DNA of 64,000 nt from Balanoglossus misakiensis (Eukaryota > Animalia > Hemichordata), in NCBI GenBank assembly GCA_040954595.2, contig CM082580.2, positions 1,354,783-1,418,782 on the forward strand, read 5' to 3'. How positions within the stretch are numbered: the stretch's first letter is position 1; each line of letters opens with the position of its first letter. The translations under genes were made by a program, and so were the position numbers. The notes beneath the pieces are model-generated. The model saw nothing but the letters and a program-made list of their open reading frames with translations. It was not told the DNA's origin and did no database searches. Below are positions 44,228 through 56,422 of this stretch, piece after piece.

Positions 44228-45158
44228 CAAAATCTCAATATTTCGTCGATTTTGAAAAAAATCATGGGTTCTTGCAAAATCTCAAAATTTCGTCGATTTT
44301 GAAAAAAATCATGGGTTCGTTGAATTTTGAAAAAAAAAACATGGATGAAAATCATCAAAAAATGACAAATTTTCGACTTTGCAAAATCTCAAAATTTCGT
44401 CGATTTTGGAAAAAAATCATGGGTTCGTCGATTTTTGCAAAAAATCATGGGTGAAAATCATCAAAAAATGACAAATTTTCGACTTTGCAAAATCTCAAAA
44501 TTTCGTCGAATTTGAAAAAAATCATGGGTTCTTGCAAAATCTCAAAATTTCGTCGATTTTGAAAACAATCATGGGTTCGTTGAATTGTGAAAAAAAACAT
44601 GGATGAAAATCATCAAAAAATGACAAATTTTCGACTTTGCAAAATCTCAAAATTTCGTCGATTTTGAAAAAAAATTATGGGTTCGTCGATTTTTGAAAAA
44701 AAAAAATGGGTGAAAATCATCAAAATGACCAATGTTCGACTTTGCAAATCTCAAAATTTCGTCGATTTTTGAAATAAAAAATCATGGGCTATAGCTCATG
44801 AAAATCATCAACAAATGTCAAATTTTCAACTTTGCGAAATCTCAAAATATCGTCGATTTTTGAAAAAAAAACATGGGTTCGTCGATTTTGAAAAAAAAAT
44901 CATGGGCTATAGCTCATGAAAATCATCAACAAATGTCAAATTTTCAACTTTGCGAAATCTCAAAATTTCGTCGATTTTGAAAAAAATTATGGGTTCGTCG
45001 ATTTTTGAAAAAAATCATGGGTGAAAATCATCAAAAAATGACAAATTTTCGACTGCAAAATCTCAAAATTTCGTCGATTTCGAAAAAAATCATGGGTTCG
45101 TCGATTTTTGAAAAAAAAACATGGGTGAAAATCATCAAAAAATTACAAATTTTCGACT
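44228..45158 (-). repeat. Satellite B, inverted (A-rich) orientation, left of the Academ insertion
   Basis: Sequence reads CAAAATCTCAAAATTTCGTCGATTTTGAAAAAAATCATGGG, the reverse complement of the upstream monomer. Confidence 0.97.
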
Positions 45159-46020
45159 TAGTGTGGTATGATGTGTATTCCCGTAGGATTTTTGTGCTAA
45201 AATTGATTTTTTTGCTGTTTTGGCTTCTACGGGGACCCAACTACCCGAAAATGATGGGGTGCAATTTTAAGGGCCCCTCCATCATATTTTTCTGGGGGGG
45301 GGGGTACTTCCGTTTTGTGGTATGATGTGTATTCCCGTAGGATTTTTCTGCTAAAATTGATTTTTTTTGCTGTTTGGCTTCAATGGGGACCCAACTACCC
45401 AAAAATCATGGGGTGCAATTTTTAGGGCCCCTCCATCAATTTTTTTCGGGGGGTCTCTTCTGTTTTGGTCACTCGAGGATATTTGTTCACCTATTTACTC
45501 TATCATCATGGGAATTTGGGCTACAATTAATTTGTTTTTGTTGTGTTTGCTTTGGAGGAGACCAACCTGGCCAAAAATAATCGGGTGCAAATTATAGGGC
45601 CCCTCCATCATTTTTTATTTGGGGGGGGGGGGCACTTCCATTTTGGCCACTCCGAAGTTGTTTGTTGGCCTATTTACTCCCTTCTCATAGAATATTTTGC
45701 TAAAAATATTATTTTTCTTTGATGTTTTGGTTTCAATGGGGCTCCACCAGAACTAAAATGATGGGGTTCAAATTTTTGGAACCTTCCATCATGTCTTGGG
45801 GGGGGGGAGGGTAATCATTTCTGTTTTGGCCACCCTGAAGATACTTATTCACCTATTTACTATACGGTTAGTATTGTCGTGGTATTTCTTGCAATTTGGT
45901 TTGCTCCTTTGGCTTGAATGCAGACTGACTGCCGAAAAGTGATGGTGTGCAAAATGTTGGACCCCTTTACCACATTTTTTGGTGGGGGGGGGGGGGGTTC
46001 TCTATATTTGTTTTCGCCAA
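45159..46020 (+). repeat. Left long terminal inverted region made of ~5 sub-repeats (~155-185 bp) with poly-G tracts
   Basis: GTGGTATGATGTGTATTCCCGTAGGATTTTT...GGGCCCCTCCATCA...(G)n repeats at ~45163 and ~45318 and decays inward. The inner boundary is approximate. Confidence 0.85.
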
Positions 46021-46294
46021 CCCGTTGTAACAGTAGTTTTTTTTTATCTTAGATTTTTTCGTTTATTCTAAATTTAGTATACTAAGGTAAATTAAAACTC
46101 CTTTATATATAATAAAGTACATAATGTGTATTTTAGTTTATTTTCCGAGCTACAGTCCCATCTCATAAAATGGACCCTTGAGGCACCCTCCCTACCACGG
46201 ACGGTGCAATAAACAACCCAAGAAGCATAACGATTCTTTTCTGATATCTTGGTATTCTCAATCATCATTTTCACGAAACCCAGTTCTGTTTGAT

Positions 46295-46590
46295 CTACTC
46301 ATCGCCAGTGTCGTTATCTTCAAGAACATTTCCCCCTGGTTTTCAGTCTCCACCATAGCATTTGCAGAGGGGAGTACATAGTAAATCATTCTTTGAGCAA
46401 CTGCAACGTCCCCTACAACCTGCTTTGCAGCCACATTTGATAAGCTCTAGTACTGCCTTTGGTGCAGGGAGAGCAAGACATTTTACTGGATAAAACACGC
46501 CATTCTCCGATTTCCACCCATTCTTTTTGATTGGGGGAAGTTCAGGACAATTTGTTGCGTATGATTTATCTCTCATTGTGATGAAGGGGT
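46295..46590 (-). pseudogene. C-terminal fragment of an Academ-type transposon protein (tesmin/CXC-like Cys-rich domain)
   Basis: Translation ELPPIKKNGWKSENGVFYPVKCLALPAPKAVLELIKCGCKAGCRGRCSCSKNDLLCTPLCKCYGGD*. The TGA at 46343-46345 sits where a final Cys is expected, and the frame continues KPGGNVLEDNDTGDE* to 46295. Confidence 0.8.
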
Positions 46591-47494
46591 GGCACCCTTT
46601 TCACAGATCACGCAAATCTTATTTTTATCTACATATTAATTCTGTAGTTTATTGCAAAATGTCCTAATAGCTATCGAACTGGAACGTAAAACGCTGCTTA
46701 CGGTGCTAAGAAAATAGCCAATATGTATTTAGTAATAAAACTGAGATGTAGTTCACAGACTTGTTTTATTTTCAGTAGTATTGAGCTACAAAATGAGCCA
46801 AATTTGATATTGTTAATGTTTACCAAAACAAGTTTTAGAAGTAAGACATAGTTCAAGGGCTTTTTACAGCACTATTTTGCTATTGGCATGAAAATTTTGA
46901 AAATACTACTTTAAAATAGACAATACTTCAACTGATATGGCTTTATTTACGACAGTATTTAACTTTGAAATGAGTTCAACTGAATATCGTTTTAATACCC
47001 CAAAAAACAAGTGTTGATTAAAACGTACTTCAGAGTTTATGCACAGACTTATATCGATGAGAATTTTAGTACAATGGTAAATATCTCAGACATTGATTGT
47101 GCTACGAAAGAATAAACAACTCTTAACGAAAAAGTTACCAGAATCATATGCATATGATTCTGGTAACTCACGGCCCCTCGGGTGTAATAAACGGCTGCTA
47201 TGGCCCTCATGGCCAGGCAATAGGTGTTCACTATTTGGTATAGCCTAGTATACTATATTTTTGTAAACCATAGAAAACATGAGTGTGGTGATGAGTTGGG
47301 TGGCGGTCCAAGGTGAGGGGAGGTATATTATGCTAAGTCCAAACCAGAGAGATATTTGTGGTTGATTTGTTAGTGTCAAAATTCAACTAAGTATATTTAT
47401 AAAAATAAGATAGCGCTGTAGTATATATGACAACTGATACAAATGTAGGTAACTGATATGTTTACCCATAAACCGTCTAATATTTAAGATTCCC

Positions 47495-48310
47495 AATATG
47501 TGGAGAGGCCCTAAAATTTGACCTCATTTTTGAGCAGTTAGGTCCCCATAGAAGTTAAAAAAAAAGAAATTGGAAGAAATCCTTTACAAATACACATGTC
47601 ACACTATGAACAAATATCTCCAGGGCTGCTAAAACTAAAGTGACCCCCCCCCCCCCCCCTGCAAGAAAATGTGATGGAGGGGTCCAACAAATTGATTTCC
47701 ATCATTTTGGGGATGTTTATTCATCATTGAAACCAAAACAGCAAACAAAACAAATAACTATTAGCAAAAACTCCTACGAGAATACACGGTATAGGTGAAC
47801 AAATACCGTTAAGATTGTCGGAATGTAAGTGCCCCCCCCCCCCCACAAATGTAATAGAGGGGCCCTAAAATTTGCATGTGATCTTTTGTGACCAGGTGTC
47901 AAAACAGCAAAAAAAAAATTCTTTAGCAGAAAATTCTACGAAAATGGAGTAGATAGGTGAATAAATATCTTCGGGGAGGCCAAAACAGGAGTGACGACCC
48001 CCCCCCCGAAAAAATATGATGGAGGGGCCCTAAAAATTGCACCCCATCATTTTCGGGTAGTTGGGTCCCCATAGAAGCCAAAACAGCAAAAAAATCAATT
48101 TTAGCACAAAAATCCTACGGGAATACACATCATACCACAAAACGGAAGTACCCCCCCCCCCCCGAGAAAAATATGATGGAGGGGCCCTTAAAATTTCACC
48201 CCATCATTTTCGGGTAGTTGGGTCCCAATAGAAGCCAAAACAGCAAAAAAATCAATTTTAGCACAACAATCCTACGGGAGCTGTTTTTCATGACATACCA
48301 TACCGCACTA
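47495..48310 (-). repeat. Right long terminal inverted region with poly-C tracts (mirror of 45159-46020)
   Basis: GATGGAGGGGCCCT..AAAT..CACCCCATCATTTTCGGGTAGTTGGGTCCC..AGAAGCCAAAACAGC is the reverse complement of the left sub-repeats. The inner boundary is approximate. Confidence 0.85.
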
Positions 48311-51093
48311 ACTGCAAAATCTCAAAATTTGGTCGATTTTTGAAAAAAATCATGGTGAAAATCATCAAAAAATGACAAATTTTTGATTTTGCAAAATCTC
48401 AAAATTTCGTCGATTTTGAAAAAAATTATGGGTTCGTCGATTTTTGAAAAAAAACATGGGTGAATTTTCGACTTTGCAAAATCTCAAAATTTCATCGATT
48501 TTGAAAAAAATCATGGGTTCGTTGATTTTTTTAAAAAACATGGGTGAATTTTCGACTTTGCAAAATCTCAAAATTTCGTCGATTTGGAAAAAAAATCATG
48601 GGTTCGTTGATTTTTAAAAAAAAACATGGGTGAAAATCATCAAAAAATGAAAAATTTTCGACTTTGCAAAACCTCAAAATTTCGTCGATTTTGAAAAAAA
48701 TCATGGGTTCGTCGATTTTTGTAAAAAAATCATGGGTGAAAATCATCAAAAAATGACAAATTTTCGATTTTCCAAATCTCAAAAGTTCGCCGATTTTGAA
48801 AAAAAATCATGGGTTCGTCGATTGTTTAAAAAAAACATGGGTGAAAATCAACAAAATGACAAATTTTCGACTGCAAAATCTCAAAATTTCGTCGATTTTT
48901 GAAAAAAAAATCATTGGCTGTAGCTCATGAAAATCATCAACAAATGTCAAATTTTCAACTTTGCGAAATCTCAAAATATCGTCGATTTTTGAAAAAAAAA
49001 CCATGGGTTCGTCGATTTTTGAAAAAAAACATGGGTGAAAATCATCAAAAAATGACAAATTTTCGACTTTGCAAAATGTCAAAATTTCGTAGATTTTGAA
49101 AAAAATTATGGGTTCGTCGATTTTTGAAAAAAATCATGGGTGAAAATCTTCAAAAAATGACAAATTTTCGACTGCAAAATCTCAAAATTTCGTCGATTTT
49201 CGAAAAAAAATAATGGGTGAAAATCATCAAAAAAATGACAAATTTTTGATTTTGCAAAATCTCAAAATTTCGTCGATTTTGAAAAAAAATCACGGGTTCG
49301 TCGATTTTTTAAAAAAACATGAGTGAAAACCATCAAAAAATGACAAATTTAAGACTGCAAAATCTTAAAATTTCGTCGACTTTTGAAAAAAAGCATGGGT
49401 TCGTTGATTTTTTAAAAAAACATGGGTGAAAATCATCAAAAATTTACAAATTTTCGACTGCAAAATCTCAAAATTTCGTCGATTTTTGAAAAAAAAATCA
49501 TGGGTGAAAATCCTCAAAAAAACGACAAATTTTTGATTTTGCAAAATTTCAAAATTTCGTCGATTTTGAAAAAAAATCATGGGTTCGTTGATTTTTTAAA
49601 AAAACATGGGTGAAAATCATCAAAAAATGAAAAATTTTCGACTTTGCAAAATCTCAAAATTTCGTCGATTTTGAAAAAAATTATGGGTTCGTCGATTTTT
49701 GAAAAAAAATCATGGGTGAAAATCATCAAAAAATGACAAATTTTCGATTTTGCAAAATCTCAAAAGTTCGTCGATTTTGAAAAAAAATCATGGGTTCGTC
49801 GATTGTTTAAAAAAAACATGGGTGAAAATCAACAAAATGACAAATTTTCGACTGCAAAATCTCAAAATTTCGTCGATTTTTGAAAAAAAAATCATAGGCT
49901 ATAGCTCATGAAAATCATCAACAAATGTCAAATTTTCAACTTTGCGAAATCTCAAAATATCGTCGATTTTTGAAAAAAAAAAACATGGGTGAAAATCATC
50001 AAAAAATGACAAATTTTCGACTTTGCAAAATCTCAAAATTTCGTCGATTTTGAAAAAAAATATGGGTTCGTCGATTTTTGAAAAAAATCATGGGTGAAAA
50101 TCATCAAAAAATGACAAATTTTCGACTGCAAATCTCAAAATTTCGTCGATTTTTGAAAAAAAATCATGGGTGAAAATCATCAAAAAAATGACAAATTTTT
50201 GATTTTGCAAAATCTCAAAAATCACGGGTTCGTCGATTTTGAAAAAAATCACGGGTTCGTCGATTTTTTAAAAAAACATGGGTGAAAACCATCAAAAAAT
50301 GACAAATTTTCGACTGCAAAATCTCAAAATTTCGTCGATTTTTGAAAAAAAACATGCGTTCGTCGATTTCTGAAAAAAAAAATTTTTGATTTTGCAAAAT
50401 CTCAAAAATCACGGGTTCGTCGATTTTGAAAAAAATCACGGGTTCGTCGATTTTTTAAAAAAACATGGGTGAAAACCATCAAAAAATGACAAATTTTCGA
50501 CTGCAAAATCTCAAAATTTCGTCGATTTTTGAAAAAAAACATGCGTTCGTCGATTTCTGAAAAAAAAACATGGGTGAAAATCATCAAAAAATGACAAATT
50601 TTTGATTTTGCAAAATCTCAAAATTTCGTCGATTTTGAAAAAAAATCACGGGTTCGTCGATTTTTTAAAAAAACATGGGTGAAAACCATCAAAAAATGAC
50701 AAATTTAAGACTGCAAAATCTCAAAATTTCGTCGACTTTTGAAAAAAAACATCGGTTCGTCGATTTTTGAAAAAAAAACATGGGTGAAAATCATCAAAAA
50801 ATGAAACATTTTAGACTGCAAAATCTCAAAATTTCGTCGATTTTGAAAAAAATTATGGGTTCGTCGATTTTTAAAAAAAAATCATGGGTGAAAATCATAA
50901 AAAAATGACAAATTTTCGAGTTTGCAAAATCTCAAAATTTCGTAGATTTTTGAAAAAAATCATGGGTGAAAATCATCAAAAAATGAAAAATTTTCGACTT
51001 TGCATAATCTCAAAATTTCGTCGATTTTGAAAAAAATCATTGGTTCGTCGATTTTTGAAAAAAAAAACATCGGTGAAAATCACCAAAAAAAAA
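48311..51093 (-). repeat. Satellite B, inverted and more diverged monomers; end of array
   Basis: Same A-rich monomer with many substitutions and small indels. It stops abruptly at CACCAAAAAAAAA before non-repetitive sequence. Confidence 0.97.
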
Positions 51094-54000
51094 TAGGTAT
51101 TTGACTCAGAGTAAACAAGATTGTGTAATTGATACATGTCAGAACGAGATAGAGATATCACGCGCTAAGTTCATGTTTAAGAAATATTAAGATGACGTGT
51201 TCCTTTTATGACATAATACTTGACTAACGTATTAATAAGAGGTGGTGAAATTTGATATCACATTATTATCACCGGAGATCCGTGACGGGAGTCAACGAGC
51301 ATGGATAGAGTCGTGTAATTCTTACGTGTGACCAGTAATAAACCACAACTATTTGTGTTACTCGGAAAACTTGTTGAAAGTCTCGTTATGCCTCTCGTTA
51401 AGTTTACGATATGCCGGGTACCTCTCTCTGACTCTATGAATATGTTGGGTGGAGAAGGAGAGGGAGAGAATTTACACTCTCACCCTTCGGACGTGGCTGA
51501 TTCCCCAAAGAAGCCCCGATGAGGTAAACGTCCGAAGGATGGCGGGCGTAACAAAACTACAGTGTTCGCAACATGACCTCAGGTCCGCCGCAGGTTTTGC
51601 ATGTTACAGCAGAAAACGTCTCCGTCAGACCACTAAAAGTAATACCTTTAGGACATAAATTATTTATCTTGAAAGATATTGCTGTATGCAAATTTCATCT
51701 CCGGATTGCTATCGGCGAAACATACCGAGGCTGTCGTCGCTATAGTTGGGACCGACAGTCGAGACCCACATTGTATTGTAAGGAAAGTTTTAGACGCAAC
51801 TTAATCAAAGCAGGTATAGTTAGCAGAGCAGATTAAGTTAGCAGAGGAGTGTCGGTATCGTCCACCGTAAACAGGTGTATTCCTATCGGATTTCAAGCGA
51901 CAGTCAATTCCACTGGTCATCGATGTTTTTCTCCAAGGTGTTTGAAATACGTCTGTTCGATAGAGTCGTTGTTCCAAAATATGCACGGATGCACGGAATG
52001 CGACCACATCTGGTTGTTGACAACAAACTAAGGTAGATTATGACTATAATCCCAACTGTCTCCTGTGTGACACACTCCTGTTGTGATTATTGCTGGAATA
52101 GGCAATGTTTTAATCTGCCTGCAAAGACTCGTGTGACAAAGATTGTCGGCCAGTCAACATCACCAACGATATTAACAATATAAAATAAATAAAATTTCAA
52201 CGATTCAACTTCTTTTCTAGCTTCCTATCTGGATAGTTTGTTTTTTTTACTCTAAAGATCGCCTTTCTTCCAGGCCACGTGGCAAGAGACGTTATCAACT
52301 TCTACTATGATCGATGCGAGAGTACTATAGTATTCTCATATACACAGACAAAGGCCACCAAAATAAGAGAATCATTTGGTCAAATGGTAGAGGGCGCAAA
52401 AACAGATATTTCAAATGACAAAATTTTCCGATAAACGTGTTTAATCAAATCAAACTGTGCTCAATGGTATGCTTGCAAAAATTGAATACAAATGAAACAA
52501 AACACAGCAACTGCCATGAACAAGAAGTTTATTCATGTCAAAATTCAATTTTTTTGAATCATTGATTTCAATTATCAGCTGAAAACTAAAATTAGATTGT
52601 CATCTTGAACAGTATAAAATCAGCGAGCCATTAGACATTAAGTACCCAGCATACTAAAATAAAACCATGTAAACATGCACAATTAGATAATCAAATAATT
52701 TTTATTTATTCACCATGATGTTTTTAATGTATGTCAAGTCAAAGTACTTGAAGTTATGGACGATCAATTAAAATAGAAAACTGTAATTTTAATGGCTGGG
52801 TAATGTATCCAATTTCTGCCCAATATATGAAATTTCCGAGTTAGCAACTGAAGAATTCGTGGGGAAAATAGTTACGTGATGTGTAACAGAATTCACTTGG
52901 AAGTAAGGAGTTTTTGTAAAATCAACATGCATATTACAATTTATTTGTAAAAACTTGATTGGCAATGGAAAATTGGCGTTTAAATATATAGTACTTCAAG
53001 ATGAACAGATAAAATATAAGTTATTACAGATGTCATTTTACGACAACAAGGAATGGTAAATCGTTCTTTAATATCTTTAAAGATGCCAGGTCAAAGGTCA
53101 CCTTTGCAAATTCAACCACTGGTACCATAGCCATTTCAAATGTAGCCAAAAGTGCGCCACCACTTTCTTCAAACATACTGAAACCATCTACAGGTTACCG
53201 TAGTCATATATCTCTTGGCATCCATGGCAGTTTAGCTAGTCATGAGCTGGCAAGGGGTGACCTGTAAGCTTTAAACTCTGGCTTCGGTAATGTCGACTCT
53301 GGCTCTGGCATATACTTGCAGGTCCATATGACCTTGGGGTGAACATGGTCATGAAGAAATAAATAGAATCTGTTTGGTGCATTGTCAACTTCATTTTATA
53401 GTTTCAAAAAATTACAATATGATGAGTAATATTGTTGTTGTTTTCAAAGAGACTCACCACACACTTTAGTAAATCAATGACTTGAAAAAGTTTTGAGGAC
53501 TATCATTTGTCAGAATCTCGGACCGCGAGGCACATACTACCTTAAATAGTTTCACTCGCAGCTTCTTGTGGGCAGTTTCTCCTTGCGTACCTGTACAGAC
53601 ACACCAGGAGGCCGTTCCCGATGAACAACTCAACCCACATGAAAACATTCAAGCGTCTGGTCACACCCATTTCCGTCAAACAAGAACATGAATGAAACTG
53701 CGGAGGAAGAGAACGGGAGAGTGCCCATTAACCCTGTAATGACCAATCATTTACTGGAACAAGGTTCAGGATGTACGATCACTGGAGTTGAAAATAAGGT
53801 CATGGATTTGAAAATTATTTTGAGTTATGAAATTGAAAATACATATTTTTCATTGTGGATTCTCCGACATAAATATTATCAAAAACAATAAGGGTTGTCT
53901 TTTTAATTTATGACATATAACGCCATGAATCTAGCCCATTAATACAAAGGCAATACTAAAACACATTTCGGGTTAGCGTTATGACAACTTGAAGAAAGTA

Positions 54001-54158
54001 TGAATACAAACTTTCTAAAGTAATATTTTAAAGGTTGGCGTATTGATTACAGCTTGTTTGTTCTGCTATTAATGGAAATTCGGTTAGAGCCGTTTGAGGC
54101 AACTCTTATTCTGTCAAAGTTATGGCGTTAACTTATTCTGATAAAGTTATGTTAACGC

Positions 54159-54269
54159 TAATCTGATTAAAATCAGATGTAGGGAACGGCGACGTGTTTT
54201 TTATGCTGTCGCAGCATCAAAAAACTACGTCGCCATTCCCTAGGCCTACATCTGATTTCAAACAGATTG
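54159..54269. mobile_element. ~110-bp palindromic MITE, copy 1
   Basis: Arms AATCTGATTAAAATCAGATGTAGGGAACGGCGACGTGTTTTTTATGCTG and CAGCATCAAAAAACTACGTCGCCATTCCCT..ACATCTGATTTCAAACAGATT. The flanks TGTTAACGC and TGTTAACAT resemble a decayed 9-bp TSD. Confidence 0.7.
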
Positions 54270-54304
54270 TGTTAACATCAGGAACACTTTACATACATAA
54301 ACTA

Positions 54305-54511
54305 CTGTAAAACACTTTATTTTAGCGAGTTGAAATTTTCACGATATCGAGAGAGGCTACTGTTTCGCGAGTATTAATTTTCGCGTTCTCTTATTTCATT
54401 CACTGCATCGTTATCTTCAAAAATAATTATGCGACCTCTTATTTTCATACCATTTTGGCTCTCACGTATCTCGCGAAAATGTATTGCTCGCGAAAATAAC
54501 TTGTTTCACAG
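54305..54511. mobile_element. 207-bp MITE flanked by TA (Tc1/mariner-type target)
   Basis: TIR CTGTAAAACACTTTATTTTAGCGAG versus CTGTGAAACAAGTTATTTTCGCGAG (right end reverse-complemented; 21/25 match). TA lies at 54303-54304 and 54512-54513. Confidence 0.8.
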
Positions 54512-54528
54512 TATATGCAAATATGCAG

Positions 54529-54633
54529 TAATCTGAATAAAATCAGATGTATGGTACGACGACGTCTTTTACTTATGTGGTACAGTATTATTAGTATGCT
54601 GTCGTCATACCAACTGCGATTTTAGTCAGATTG
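54529..54633. mobile_element. ~105-bp palindromic MITE, diverged relative of 54159-54269
   Basis: Shares the start TAATCTGA.TAAAATCAGATGTA and the end GATTT....CAGATTG. Internal arms are TGGTACGACGAC and GTCGTCATACCA. Confidence 0.65.
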
Positions 54634-54944
54634 TATGTACGTCAACACTGATTGTTGTGGCTGCCTTAAATAGGTTTTCACTTTGCGCTACCTCTATACG
54701 TAACGCGTTCACTCAGTAGACCAAAGTACACGGATGTCCAGCAGACAAGAGTTCCTGTTTATACCATGAGGCTAGAAGACTGTATTGTGTTATTATACAG
54801 TGGTGCAGTCTAGATTTTAGTGAGGGATTGAAGCGAATCCAATTGCTTGCTTGAAACTCGCCCATCGTGATTGTGCATTGATAAAATACAATAATCATAC
54901 CACAGAAACATAAATTCCAGCTGCGCCTATCAGCGAGATTGTCA

Positions 54945-55872
54945 TAGCCTGGAGACCAGGGCGTCGGGGAAAAGAAACGCCCGGGGACAGTCTCTATTTA
55001 CGAACAGAATTCTGTTCGTAGAACGACACGTGTGGTAAATCTTGCGTGTAAGCTAATTGGTCACTCAATGTTAACCACATGACATCGTCGCCTTCTAAAT
55101 AAGGAAATAGAGGTGGAGTCATGTGTGAAATTCCCGCGATGGGATGTGGGAGTGGTTTTGAAAGTGTATGAATATTCATAACCAAGCTTTGTTAAAGGCA
55201 CGTAAGGTGTAACTTTTGGGATAATTTTCATAATTTTTGTTTCAAACTGCACTACCATTAGTCCATGCAGATGGAGGTAGTGAACAATACACAAGCATTA
55301 TAAACCCTAAGTATGAGTGCATATGCAAGTTTTAACCAGATAAATAATAAAGCTTTGCCGCAAGCGATTATGGCCGCCACCGTGGGAAAATGCAAGAAAC
55401 AATGAAAATGTTGCATTTCCGGTTGTGAAACTTCATAAACAAAACATGATCTCATCCACTTGAGCTCATGGAAGTAAATGTACACCACTGAGACATCAGA
55501 TTTTCATTTTTCACTGCAATATTGCGCTTTTTTTAAAATTGCAGGAATTTTCGTTTTTCTTTAATTTTTGGCCATTTTGTCATAAATAAGTGTTGAGCTT
55601 GATATATTATCATGAAATAGCATTTAATAGACATAATTAAAAGCATATATGAGATTATTTAAAACTTTAATTTTTTATCCAGTTACAGCTTACGTGCCTT
55701 TAATTATATCATCCAACCACTGGCGCCCGTCAACATTTGATAGATCACTCGTTATCCATTTGTTACTAAGCGACCTCGATCGTTGCCAAGACTACTATCT
55801 TTCAGCTCAGCAGGACTTGCTCGACTGTCCCCGAGCGTTGTATTTTAGATCGACGCCCTGGTCTCCCGGCTA
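54945..55872. mobile_element. 928-bp non-autonomous DNA transposon with 9-bp TSD (AcademH-like; Mutator-like is the alternative)
   Basis: ~50-bp TIRs: TAGCCTGGAGACCAGGGCGTCG..AACGCCCGGGGACAGTC versus TAGCCGGGAGACCAGGGCGTCG..AACGCTCGGGGACAGTC. Perfect TSD AGATTGTCA at 54936-54944 and 55873-55881. Confidence 0.88.
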
Positions 55873-56366
55873 AGATTGTCAATATATACGCCGCATGTTG
55901 CCAGCCAGGGCCCCGACTGACATTCCCTCTGAATATACACACCCCTCTATTGAAAATGGAACATTCCTGCAAGCAAAGCATGTTGTACTTGCTTACATCA
56001 GCTGTAGTGACTTGTGTAGACCCCCAGCGCGCGGCCTCTACTGTCTGTATATGGTCTGTCACAGTCCCCGGGAGTAACTGTCATGACAGAAATCGGTTTG
56101 TCAACGGCAAAACGGAGATAAGGTGTTTTTTCCGAATATAGAATATTCAATTCTGTTTGATTCGGTCATGCCCAAAGTGTGCGTAGCTGTCGTCCTCTGA
56201 CAACGCTCGCTCATATTTCATGCGGAGAACTTAAGTAGGTTCAAGCCAAGTTTTAATAGTTGGGCTAAGGTCTTCCCTGATAAGTGTTGAAATGTTTGGG
56301 GTGTTACTGTCCGGGCTGTAACGACTTGGGTCGTGGAAAATGGGGGCTGAAACGACTGGGGCCGAA

Positions 56367-56422
56367 AGGGTCAGAGTGCCGGAACGACCTGTTTAAACAT
56401 GTCGTTCCAGCACTATGACCCT
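56367..56422. repeat. 56-bp near-perfect palindrome centred on TTTAAA
   Basis: AGGGTCAGAGTGCCGGAACGAC-CTGTTTAAACAT-GTCGTTCCAGCACTATGACCCT. The outer arms match 20/22. Short GGGC(C/T)GAAA sub-repeats precede it. Confidence 0.8.

Larger units (their letters stand above)
45159..48310 (-). mobile_element. Non-autonomous (internally deleted) Academ-type DNA transposon inserted in satellite B
   Basis: Ends are TAGTGTGGTATG (45159) and CATACCGCACTA (48310). A 3-bp TSD, ACT, lies at 45156-45158 and 48311-48313. Removing the element restores the monomer variant TTTTCGACTGCAAAATCTC. It has ~0.8-kb inverted terminal regions and an internal Cys-rich coding relic. Confidence 0.85.

Noticed and set aside
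387-51161. Dozens of short ORFs (MGENHQKMTNFRLCKISK..., MRIRKFSTRL...)
   Set aside because: Translations of satellite monomers. The 78-bp unit is a multiple of 3, and frames break at variable homopolymers.
53030-53690. Possible decayed minus-strand coding relic with a GTGAGT donor near 53457
   Set aside because: Multiple stops in the frames examined and no recognisable domain. A translated search would be needed.
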